The notes beneath the pieces are model-generated. The model was not told the origin of the DNA and ran no database searches. It was given only the letters and a program-made list of their open reading frames with translations. Of a DNA stretch of 64,000 nucleotides, positions 40,876-51,963 are shown piece after piece. Source of the DNA: Guillardia theta CCMP2712 (lineage: Eukaryota > Protista > Cryptophyta); contig NW_005434660.1 in assembly GCF_000315625.1 (NCBI RefSeq), positions 804,738 through 868,737 on the forward strand, read 5' to 3'. The position numbers and the translations under genes were made by a program. Within the stretch, counting starts at the first letter, position 1, and the number at the start of each line of letters is the position of its first letter.

Positions 40876-42102
40876 ATGGCGGCTCTTACCTCCCTGGCGG
40901 AGTCCCCGCCCATGGCGCCGGAAGCAGAGGCCTCCTCCGGCGTCAAGAAGCTCTCCGAACCATCTTCTACCTCCTCCGGTGTCAAGAAGCTCTCCGAACC
41001 ATCTTCTGCCTCCGGCGTCAAGAAGCTCTCCGAACCATCTTCCTCCTCCGGTGTCAAGAAGCTCTCCGAACCATCTTCCTCCTCCGGTGTCAAGAAGCCC
41101 TCCAAACCACATTCTTCCTCCTCCGGTGTCAAGAAGCCTTCCGACCAATCTTCTTCTTCGTCCCGCGTCCAAAGAACCCAACGGATGAGCTTCAGGGGGT
41201 ATCCCGGCAATGCTGGCTTCAAGAGGTTGGTGCTGTTTACCAAGACGATGGCGGACGCCCTGCCTCGCCGGCGCATGGCAAGAAAGAGGGAGAGCAAGAT
41301 TTTCTTCGAGAAGCTCACTGAGACTCTCAACCGAGATCCCCTGTTTGGCGGTGCGCTCAAGTACTGCACTGCCAGGGACAAGGGCACGGAGGTCATAAAG
41401 ATCACGGACAAGATCATTGCGGACGGGGAGGAGGACTACCTGATGACGATTGAGAATGAAGGAAGAGACATAAATGAACTCGATGAGCTCTATATTCAGA
41501 TTGCCCGGATAAGAAACTCCTTGGCCAAACAAGAAGGAGACGTGAAGACCAATGGGGCTCCTCAGCCGACAGATGGTTCACTGTCCGAGAAGCTGAATGA
41601 TTGCAGCGCTGCCAGTGCTGCTGCTATGGAGGATACTCCGATGGTGAACCAAGAACCGTCAGCCCGTGAGGAGCGAGAGCCAGAGGCTGAGCAGAGATCG
41701 TGCAAACGTGCGAAGCCAAGCAGGGATGTCGAGGTCGAGCAGGAGAGCGAATCTAGCAACGCGGACGAGAGCGACGCTCCCGATGCAATCCTCGACTTTG
41801 TGGACCAGATTGAGTCGTCGTTTACAATGATGGTCCGTTCTTTGGAGGCAAAGGCGCGGGAGAGGGCTGAGATGGATCGAGAGTTGCAAAAGGTCCAGTT
41901 GGAAAATGAAAAGAAGCTCAGCAATTTCAGGTCTCAGTACGAAACCCTCCAGAAGAAGATAGCGCAGCAGATGCAGCACAACAAAGAGATGGAACACAAG
42001 ATTGAGATGCTGAAGTCAATCCTTTCACGTGAGGAACAGAACGCCAAGAACGACTTGAGAAGTTTGACTGTCCTCGCTCAGTCAGTAAGTTCCTTGGATT
42101 GA
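40876..42102 (+). CDS. Intronless 408-aa protein: SGVKK tandem repeats, Myb/SANT-like (trihelix-type) domain, C-terminal coiled coil
   Basis: Long open frame. FFEKLTETLNRDPLFGGALKYCTARDKGTEVIK and the downstream NELDELYIQI resemble Myb/SANT-like domains (by eye). The C-terminus is heptad-rich. Confidence 0.7.
   Translation: MAALTSLAESPPMAPEAEASSGVKKLSEPSSTSSGVKKLSEPSSASGVKKLSEPSSSSGVKKLSEPSSSSGVKKPSKPHSSSSGVKKPSDQSSSSSRVQRTQRMSFRGYPGNAGFKRLVLFTKTMADALPRRRMARKRESKIFFEKLTETLNRDPLFGGALKYCTARDKGTEVIKITDKIIADGEEDYLMTIENEGRDINELDELYIQIARIRNSLAKQEGDVKTNGAPQPTDGSLSEKLNDCSAASAAAMEDTPMVNQEPSAREEREPEAEQRSCKRAKPSRDVEVEQESESSNADESDAPDAILDFVDQIESSFTMMVRSLEAKARERAEMDRELQKVQLENEKKLSNFRSQYETLQKKIAQQMQHNKEMEHKIEMLKSILSREEQNAKNDLRSLTVLAQSVSSLD
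40931..41160 (+). repeat. Six 36-39-bp coding tandem repeats (SSGVKK[L/P]S[E/K/D]xxS)
   Basis: cctccgg(c/t)gtcaagaagc is repeated six times. Confidence 0.95.
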
Positions 42103-42226
42103 AACGAGAGAGGGGGGCATTAAACGGGAACTTTCACAAAGAGGATCATTCAGGCATGTTTAGAAATATCTTTCCACGATCTACGATCCAACCGATCACC
42201 CTCGCCTTCGACCAGAGCCGCAGGAA

Positions 42227-43725
42227 TCATCGATCACCCAGTACAGACGCAGGATCATCCTCGGGGATATCTCCATGGTACCTTGTGAAATCCCATTAGC
42301 CATGGAGCGGTACCCTACATGCCAGGTGCATGGCGGAGGCAGGAGAATTTCTCACTTGAAGTCCATGGGCAGGCTTTCGCTGGAGAGCGAGGGGAACTGT
42401 TTGTTTATCAGCTGCAAAGAGATTTTCTGTTATGTCGACAAATGATTTCATGGTGAGTTCCACCTCAATCAAGGCGTCGAACAGGATCTGGTTCCCAGAT
42501 GCCGACAGGTGCAGGCCGTCGGAGAAGTGAGCTTCCCACCCCTTCTCCTGACCGCCGCAGACATGGGATGGGTAGGAACGAGAGAGAGAACGTCAGGCAA
42601 GGAGACGAAAGTTGAATTGAGAATGAATGAAGAAAACCTTGTGCAGGATGTTGAAAAGATCCAACACAGGACAAGACATCCTAGCCGCCAACTCTGAGCA
42701 TGCTACCGTCCCCATCAGCTCGAAGCAACCTCACGTCATCAGCTCACCTCTTGCGTACTTCTCTACATGCTCCAGCTCCCGCTGTCCCAACCCAGGACCG
42801 CCCTGCAGTGACAGGGCACGTGTGACTCCCTCCTCACGAGCAGCATCTGCCGACCTTGTTCGCATCCCATGTTGCGGCATCGACCGGAGGAGGAGAGATG
42901 AGCACCTGCGGTGGAGGGAGACACTGTGTGAGAACACGCGGGGTTGAGGTGAAACTTACTATGACAGACTCCGGCCAGCCTGCCCTCATCATCTTCACCA
43001 ACTCCTCCATGTTCTACACAAGGACTATCAGCGATGAACTGGAGCGCACGCGGTGCTTGCTCACTTGTATGTACTCCGGCAGAGGAACATGCTGTCTGCA
43101 GCTCTCGACCTGCCATCAGCACTCACAACCCTGGCAGAACCATGCGCAGGCCGTCACAGCGGCGTCGTTTGCTCCGAGGAGGATTGTCGCCAACACCGGA
43201 GGGTTCGATTTGTGCTCCTCGATTATGGCAGGTAGGATCAGCTTCGCCCACCTGCTGTTGTACCTGGAGGAGCTCGTCACCGTCCTCAAGTGCTCGCCCT
43301 CCTCTCCTCTCACCCTGAGAATCCTCTGTTGACGATGTCTACGCTACGCTTCTGTGCCACATAAAGATCCTGCAACAGTGACGCCCAACCCAGGGGGTCA
43401 ACCTGCGCGAAGCTGAGTTGATGATTGCCGGCCAGTGCATGCAGAGAGCAAGAAATATGTCTCTTTGATATCTCCTGCCACACTCGGCATCGAGCATCGT
43501 CATCGTCTTCTCTTACCCACCTCAACAGCACATGTACTCCTTGCTCTTGGAAATCCTGCCCTCCATCTCTTATCCTCAAGATCCTCTCGCCCTTCCTCTA
43601 GCCACCATGGTCTCTTCTGCTCTCCCTCGTCATGGCTTCGCTCCTCTCCTTACCTTGCTTCCAAACTGCGTGATCGAGTCTCCGAACAGCAGCATCTGTC
43701 TCCTGCCCCGAGCCACCATCGCCAT
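42227..43725 (-). CDS. IAH1: GDSL/SGNH hydrolase, isoamyl-acetate-hydrolysing esterase (IAH1-like), multi-exon
   Basis: Spliced product MAMVARGRRQMLLFGDSITQFG|..GWASLL..DIVNRGFSGYNSRWA..ILLGANDA..QHVPLPEY..LISPPPVD..FSDGLHLSASGN..YHGDIPEDDPASVLGDR*; all four SGNH blocks are present. Confidence 0.9.
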
Positions 43726-44979
43726 CGCCCATCAGTCTCAAGAAGGTACCCCACCCCCACCATGACACACCCTCTCTGACTCTCATCGCTCGATTTTAAG
43801 ACCCCTTTATATTTAGATAAATGGTGGGGTACTATAAGTTAATTTGAGGGTAGGGTACATGACACCCACCCCTTGCAGAGAGTACCCCACCCAGTCTAAT
43901 ATACTCGTCCTCTGTATTTCTTGATCATGCTGGGGGAAGAATGTGAGAGCGCGGGGGACTTCGGCGGGAGGAGGAGGAGGAGGAGGAGGAGGAGGAGGAG
44001 GAGGAGGAGGAGGAGGAGAAGGAATTCATGGTACACGATAGCGAAGGGGGATCACAGGCTTTGAGGAAGTGCAGTGGGAGGAGAGGAGTAGGGAGNNNNN
44101 NNNNNNNNNNNNNNNNNNNNNNNNNNNNNNNNNNNNNNNNNNNNNNNNNNNNNNNNNNNNNNNNNNNNNNNNNNNNNNNNNNNNNNNNNNNNNNNNNNNN
44201 NNNNNNNNNNNNNNNNNNNNNNNNNNNNNNNNNNNNNNNNNNNNNNNNNNNNNNNNNNNNNNNNNNNNNNNNNNNNNNNNNNNNNNNNNNNNNNNNNNNN
44301 NNNNNNNNNNNNNNNNNNNNNNNNNNNNNNNNNNNNNNNNNNNNNNNNNNNNNNNNNNNNNNNNNNNNNNNNNNNNNNNNNNNNNNNNNNNNNNNNNNNN
44401 NNNNNNNNNNNNNNNNNNNNNNNNNNNNNNNNNNNNNNNNNNNNNNNNNNNNNNNNNNNNNNNNNNNNNNNNNNNNNNNNNNNNNNNNNNNNNNNNNNNN
44501 NNNNNNNNNNNNNNNNNNNNNNNNNNNNNNNNNNNNNNNNNNNNNNNNNNNNNNNNNNNNNNNNNNNNNNNNNNNNNNNNNNNNNNNNNNNNNNNNNNNN
44601 NNNNNNNNNNNNNNNNNNNNNNNNNNNNNNNNNNNNNNNNNNNNNNNNNNNNNNNNNNNNNNNNNNNNNNNNNNNNNNNNNNNNNNNNNNNNNNNNNNNN
44701 NNNNNNNNNNNNNNNNNNNNNNNNNNNNNNNNNNNNNNNNNNNNNNNNNNNNNNNNNNNNNNNNNNNNNNNNNNNNNNNNNNNNNNNNNNNNNNNNNNNN
44801 NNNNNNNNNNNNNNNNNNNNNNNNNNNNNNNNNNNNNNNNNNNNNNNNNNNNNNNNNNNNNNNNNNNNNNNNNNNNNNNNNNNNNNNNNNNNNNNNNNNN
44901 NNNNNNNNNNNNNNNNNNNNNNNNNNNNNNNNNNNNNNNNNNNNNNNNNNNNNNNNNNNNNNNNNNNNNNNNNNNNNNN

Positions 44980-45462
44980 CAGGAAGGAGAGGAAACTGAA
45001 TGAGGTGAAGGTGAAGGGCCTGGACGACAAGTCAAAACACATTCTCCTCGTCATGATGGAGGTACTTCCTTCTCCCTTCTCCCTCCTCCTCCTTCCCATC
45101 TCCCTCTCTCAATCCTCTTTCCCGTCTACCTTCCCTCGTTGCTCTTCCCTCTACCCTACTTTCCATCCTCGATCTTGCCCCCCCTGCCTCTCCCCAGCTC
45201 GCATCCTTTCTGGTCCTCATTCTCCTCCCCTTTCCTCTCCCCTTCTCCTCCTCACCTCTGCCCCTTCTCCTCCCTTGCTCTCATCCTTCCTTTACCGGGG
45301 ATTCTTATCATTCTTTGGCAGAAAAATCAGGTCGAGACCTCCAAGTGGAAAGAGTATCTTTCCAGCTGCCCGAAGAGTTTTCACAACGTGAGTGGGAGGA
45401 TGCGGGGTAGGCATGCGCTACTATGCTTCCATGCATCCTGCAAGCGGATGATGGCGGATGCG

Positions 45463-45545
<83 letters not shown>

Positions 45546-46094
45546 TAGGAGCAGGAGTCTCTGTCTGGACTGAGACAGTGCGTGACAGGCTCTGGACTTG
45601 ACCACTGAGGAGATCGAGGAACTGCAAGGAAGGTGAGGGTTGAAGAGAGCATGCTTCTGAATCATATCTATCTACCTAGCTAGCTATCATCACCACCATC
45701 ATGTAACATTTTGCTGTTTAGCCCGGCGCTCGATTATCTCGTGCAGCAGAAGAATGACTTGCGGCAACTTTATGAGGATCTTTTCCCCAAACTGTCTCAA
45801 GCGTTTCCAGAGGTCTGACCATCCCTTCCCCTCCTCCCCCTCCTCCCCCTCCTCCCCTTCCCCCTTGCCATCCCCTACCTGCTTCTCCTGCTTCTCCTGC
45901 TGCTGCTGCTGCGGTGGTGGCGGTGGCTGCCGCGGCCACGGCCGCGCTGCTGCTGCTGCTGCTGCTGCTGCTGNNNNNNNNNNNNNNNNNNNNNNNNNNN
46001 NNNNNNNNNNNNNNNNNNNNNNNNNNNNNNNNNNNNNNNNNNNNNNNNNNNNNNNNNNNNNNNNNNNNNNNNNNNNNNNNNNNNNNNNNNNNNN

Positions 46095-46126
<32 letters not shown>

Positions 46127-47976
46127 TGCAGCAGCACCAGCACCAGCAGCAGCAGCGGAGGACGAGGAGGAGGAGGTGCAAGAGGGGGAGGAGGAGGAGT
46201 TGGAAGAATGTACCGGGGAGTGTAGGAACGAAAGAGGGGGAGAGAAAAAGTCTAAGACGTTGACCTGTATGACGTCAGGGCCTGGGCAACAGAAGCAGGA
46301 TGCGAAGTATCGAGCCTCGTACCTTGTGCGGATATGATGTAGGAGGAGGAGGAGGAGGAGGAGGAGGAGGAGGAGGATTGATTTTTGGTCCGCCATGTAG
46401 GAATCATCATATTTGTGCCCAGGGGGAGGTATACATATTCCTTCACTCTCTCCCCTCTTTCTTCTCCTTGCCTCTTCCTCCCTCGCTCCACCTTCCTCCT
46501 CCCTTCTCACTCCCCTCTTCTCCTCCCCTCCCTTCGCTCCACAGCTCCTCCCTTCCCCTCTCTTCTCTCCGTGTTGCTCACTGTTGTCCTGCAGGTTCAG
46601 AGGTACAAGTCAGAGCTGGGAAGAGTCGAAGTTCAGCTGCTCGCCCCTGTCAAGGCAGGCGAACAGGTGGAGCTGAGAAACTCCTCTACCTGCTGGGGCT
46701 GAGCTGGGCTATCCTATCAGATCTTCATCTACTACGGCGCGTTGAGCACAGCGTCCGAGCTCACTCGCTTCGGCTTCTGCGACCGAGACAACCCCAACGA
46801 CACCGTGAGGCTTCCTGCCCTGTTCCCAGCTCCTCCCCAGCTCCCCACCAGCAGCTCCTCACTAGCAGCTTCTCCTTCCCTCCTCTCCCTCCTCCTTCCC
46901 TCCTCCTTCCCAGCTCGCCACACCACGCCACTCTACCAAACTTCCTTACCCCTACACTCACTCCCTCCTCCTTCACAACTCCCTCCCTCCGCCATCCACC
47001 ATGGAGCGTCCCAGCTCCCTGTCAAGGACGCGCTACCTGGCTGACCGCAGACCACCAGGTCCCCTTCGAGCTGGACTTGTCTGAGATGACCGAGCTGCAG
47101 CGCAAGGCCATGGAGGTCTGGGAGTTCCGGCCTGACGTCCAGCAGGTCGGACCCCTCCTCCAACCACAGCGACCACCCCGTCCCCTGTTTGAGCTCAGCT
47201 GAACGCATCCGCAGCTCCTCAAGCGCGACGGCCTGCCCTCCTGGCGCCTCCTGGCGATGCTCCGCATCCTCCACCTGTCCCCCAGCTCCTCCGCCCCCGC
47301 GCGCTGCTGACTGGAGATGCTAGGGGGAGCGACAAGGATGACGTGGAGGTACTGGAGGAGATCGTGAACAAGAATGTCAACCCAAGGAAAGCCGCTGCTC
47401 CCTCTTCTCCCTCCCTCCCGTCCTCTCCCTTTTCTTCCCCTCCCACCCCTCTCTCACTTCTCCTCTTCTCTACCGTGGGTTTGATCCTTTTCTCTCTTTC
47501 CCTCTTGCATTCCCGCTCACTCTCTCATCCTCCTTGGTTCCCTACCTCCCCTCCCCTCTCCGCTAACCATCCCATCTCTCTTCTCCTCCCTCTTCTCCTC
47601 TCTCTCCCTCCTCGCCCCTCCCTCCCCTTCTTTCTCTGCCTCCTCTCCTTGCTCTCCTCATCCTCGCAGCAGGAACCAGCTCTCAGTGGCCAACGAGAAG
47701 CTTGTGTGGGGGACCATGGAGGAGCTGCTCAACGCCGTGACAGCAGGATACCCGACGAGGCTAGAGGAGGACATCAGCCGCCTGGAGGAAGGAAAGCGAA
47801 GCTCTAGGTGAGAAGAGGGGCTGGAGGAGGAGGAGCGAGCTGAAGGAGGAGCGAGCAGCATGTCGGCCGGCATGATCGCGTGCATCTCGCACGTGATCTC
47901 GCAGAAGCTCATCGTGGAGGAGAACCTCAAGACGGTCAAGAACAAGATGATGAACCTCCTCACCCAAGACCAATAA
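44980..47976 (+). CDS. SET-domain protein methyltransferase (Rubisco-LSMT/SETD3-like); partial, interrupted by N gaps
   Basis: Exons include SKWKEYLSSCPKSF, EEIEELQG, VKAGEQ|IFIYYG..ELTRFGF..NPND, LLAMLRI, SVANEK..YPTRLEEDI and SQKLIVEENL..QDQ* (stop 47974-47976). Confidence 0.85.
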
Positions 47977-48360
47977 TGCTCGTCAGAACGGCACGTCTCT
48001 CCTCCCTCATCTTCTTCCTCCCTCACCCCTCACCCCTTATATTCCTCCTTCCTCCTTCTCTTCCTGCCTCCTCCCTCCTCAGAATCTCCCCTACATCCCC
48101 CGTCTCGTGCTCCTCCATCTCTCGTCCTTTCATCCTTCATCCCCTCTTCACATACCATACCCGAAGCGCCGGTGACACCATCTCTTCCTCTCCCACCTCA
48201 GTCCCTCCCTGGCTCTCCCCTCTCCTAGTAACTTTCCTAATTGCTCCTCGTCTTCTCTATAAATCTGTCCCTCCCTGTTTCTTCAGTAAGAAGCTCGAGC
48301 TGTTTCCTCTCGTTTCCTTCATTCCTCTCGTTAGCGAACAAGATTTTCATCTCCTTGCAC

Positions 48361-50319
48361 TCAGTCGCTGTCGCTCACGCTCCCACTGTCGCTCTCGCTA
48401 GACTGCAGGTGGGTAAGTTCGTCAGCTGGGTAAGAGCTCTGCGTGCAGTTACCTTTGCTTGCTTCGCCGCAGCCGCTTTCTTCGCAGCATTCAAGTTTAC
48501 AGCACTCTGAACGAGATCGTCAGTGAAGGAGAGAGGAAGGGAGTGAGTGTATCGAAAGATGAGGTAAGGAGGGAGGGCAAAGGAGGGAAGAGAGGAGGGA
48601 GGAAGAACACGACAGGACAGGGGGGAGGAAGATGAATAAGAGGAAAGGAGAGAGATTTCCTCACCTTTCCCTTTCTTCGAGCGTTAACTGATACCTTGGG
48701 CGCCCTTTTCTTGCCCTGTGGAGGGCTCAGTGTTGGAGAGAGAGACAGAGCAGAGGGGGGGTTCGACAAGAAGAACATGTGTACAAAGGAGGAGGAGAAC
48801 GACGAGGGCGAGGAGAAGAGGAGGAGGGGAGGGAGAGGTCGACGAGCAACCGACCGTCTTAAATCCCTTATCTGTAAACTTTCCCTGGCCTCTCTCCCGC
48901 GACGGAGGAGGTCCCATCATCATCTCAGCCATCGCCGCCATCATTTCCTCCATTCCAGCAAGATCCTGCAAGTGGCACGAGGATTCTCAAGTGAGGAAGA
49001 GAGTCAATGGGAGGGAACAAGACGTACGTGTCCGCTCTGAAGTTCCTCGTACCAACTCATGGCCTCCTTCTTGTAGTTCTGAAACAAACATTTCACCACC
49101 GGCATAACCATCTCCTCCTCCTCCTCCTCCTCCTCCTCTTCCTCCTCCTCCTCCTCCTTTCTCTCGCGTTCACTTCTTCTCCCCTCCTCACACTTCAACT
49201 CTTTTCATTTTCATCCATCCCGTCTTTCTATCTCTTTGGAAACGTCCAACCATTCTATCATCAAACGACAAACATTGACATCATTCTGTAAGATCATCTG
49301 ACCTTTTCAAAGTGAGCTCGCAAGATATTCCGTGTTGAGAATTGCTGTGTATGCCGATCAGATTTCAGCTTTCAAACAGCATCGCAGTCCCACCTTTCCA
49401 TCCAAAGTACAGACAAATTTCTTTGGTCCGATCTTGACACAACTCTCAGTCTACCGATACACAAACACCGTCAGCACACCTGCTCGCTGTGCGCATCCAT
49501 AAACTCTTCAAGTATCTCTTCCTCCTGCAACTGCATGAGAAGTGAACAGGTGAGAGACAGCAGCCCTTGCCTCGTCCGATCCTAGATTCTCCATATCAAA
49601 CATCCCCGGCATTCCCATCCCCGGCATTCCCATCCCCGGCATTCCCATTCCCCCCGGCATGCCGCCCATGCCCTTCATGAAGATAAAGTCGTCCATGTCA
49701 TCATCGTCCATGAACATCGCCGCGCCTACAGGACAAGAAGGTACCCGATGTCAACAACACGAAAAAACATCAGGCAGTATGAACAACCATCGGATGGTCA
49801 AAACAATTATCACATAACAAAAACAATCAGATTGTGAGAAAAACTTTACCGAACATCTGTCCGAACATGTTCATGAAGGCATCGAGGTCCATATCGTCGT
49901 CCTACGACGAACTCAGCAACCATGGGCGCGAGTCCCGACCAGACTTACCAGGTCTTCCGCATCACCAAACTTATCGTATCTATCTCGCTTGTCCTTATCA
50001 ATCAACACGGAATATGCATGGCTGATCTCTTGGAACTGGTTGAAGAAAGCCATCAAACTACCAAGTGCCCATCTATCAACGTTTCACCTTGGCCTTCGCG
50101 TCTGGATCATCGGGATTCTTGTCAGGATGCCATTTCTGTCTTTGGATCAGGCACTGGTAGACCCAAGAGCAACACCGTGTTCTACCATCGCAAGCTTCCT
50201 GTAAGCTTTCTTGATCTCGTCCTCCGACGATGCTCGTTGAACGCCGAGCACCTGAGTTGCCGTCACGTAACAAGTCATGACACCCAGCAGGGAGGTACCT
50301 CATAGTAATCCTTCGACAT
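48361..50319 (-). CDS. DnaJ (J-domain) protein with a G/M-rich region and a degenerate C2H2-like segment, multi-exon
   Basis: MSKDYYE|..LGVQRASSEDEIKKAYRKLAM|KWHPDKNPDDPDAKAK|FQEISHAYSVL..KRDRYDKFG, followed by GMPGMGMPG repeats; ends SSESDSGSVSDSD*. Confidence 0.92.
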
Positions 50320-51963
50320 TGCAGATGATGCTACTGCCTCCTGCAACATCGTGAGAGCCTCGTCTCATTGAGCTCTGGCAAGCCAGTGTGCCAATCAACG
50401 TGCATGTTTCGTCCAGCACGTATTCTTAGTTGCTTCTGGTGACATGAGACTATCGATCGATCCTGTTTAGATTGCAGAACGTCCGTAGCTCTCATAAAAT
50501 CTCTCACCAAACTCATTCTCTCACTTCACTTCTTCTGCTTCTACCAGCCATTAACCCCTGCCCCACCCTGCCCCCTGCATTCCCTGACTCTTATTTCTCC
50601 TCCATCATCTTTCCCTTCCAATCCATCTCCTACTCCTCCTCCTGACATACTCTTCCTGATGAAGATAGCTTTCTCCCTCCCATTGTCTACATCGCCGCCT
50701 CCATCGCCGCCTCCTCCCTTCCTCCCTCCTCTCCTTCCTGGTCTTTGCAGCATTGCGCGGGAAACCGCACTGGCGAAACAGTACCCCACCCGTGCTCGAG
50801 TTTCTCAGGTTCATGGACCCCTTCATTATGAAGTACCCCCTCTTTTTCCATAATTAATGACCCCTATATTCCCTCAAGTACCCTGTATTTGACTACCCTC
50901 TACCTCAGTCCAAGTACCCCCACATGGTCCACACCCCCCATGGAAATTCTCAAATAAGTGCTCTCCCTGATATTTCAAACCCCAAGGAAAGGGGTAGGGT
51001 ACTTGAAAAATGTGGGTGGGGGGTTATACGGAAAAATCCATTAAGGCAGAGAAATAGACATTTCAATATCTGATGGGGGGTAGGGGTCACTTGAATGGGG
51101 GTAGGGGGTATGATAAGTAGGGGTGAGAAATTTGATAATCCACGCGCATGGAGGTGAGTTCCAGGAACTTGGGCGATATGAGCAGCAGCAGCAGCAGCAA
51201 GCAAGCAGCATGCAGGAGCAGGAGCAGCATGCAGGAGCAGGAGCAGCAAGCAGGAGGGGGAGGACGAGGACGAGGACGAGGGAGGGAAAGGAGAAGAGGA
51301 GACGAGAACAGGAGATGATGAGATGATGAGATGAGGCAGATGAGACAAGGAGAAGATGATTAAGTACAGACCCGAGTGAGGAGAGGGTAGGGCAGGAAGA
51401 GATGGGGAGGAGAAGAAACCAACCATGGGTCCAGACAGCGAGAGGATAAGAGAGGAGGGAGGAGCGATGGATGGCTGGAGAATTTCTGTGTGTTAAGTAG
51501 TTTTGACCTCACCCCAGTCCATCTGTTCTGTCTCTGACGTCTGTATGTTCTAGGAGCTCGGATCGCTGTTAGACAAGCTTTCAATCGGCTCTGAGAGCGA
51601 AGCTTTCATCTCGTAAGAAGCCCTCCCTCCCCGCTCTTCTCCTCTTTCCCTCCCCACTTCCCCTCTCACCTCACCTCCCTGCTTTTACCCGTCTCTTCTC
51701 TTGTGGTCCTCGCTCCTCCTCGTCTCAGCTACCGTCTTCCATGCTCCCTTGGCTCCCCTTCACACCATCTCCCTCCTCTCTCGCGTCCATGTCCGGGTGT
51801 TGAAGCAGCGCACGCGTTGTGATGTGCTGCTTTGGAGTGATCTGAGCGCAGACAGGAAGGGTTCTGGACTAGCGAGGGGGGGGAGACAACCCAGGTAGAC
51901 AGCTTGCCTGCCGCCATGAGTATGACGATATCGGACAGCGAACTGCGCTCCTCTGCTGAACAG

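Noticed and set aside
40581-41532. Antisense ORFs (278 and 249 aa) with FLTPEEEDGSES repeats
   Set aside because: Shadows of the + strand repeat gene, which has the longer frame and the domain-like content.
44026-45391. Long ORFs containing X runs (also 45699-46510, 52224-53405)
   Set aside because: Artefacts of reading through N gaps.
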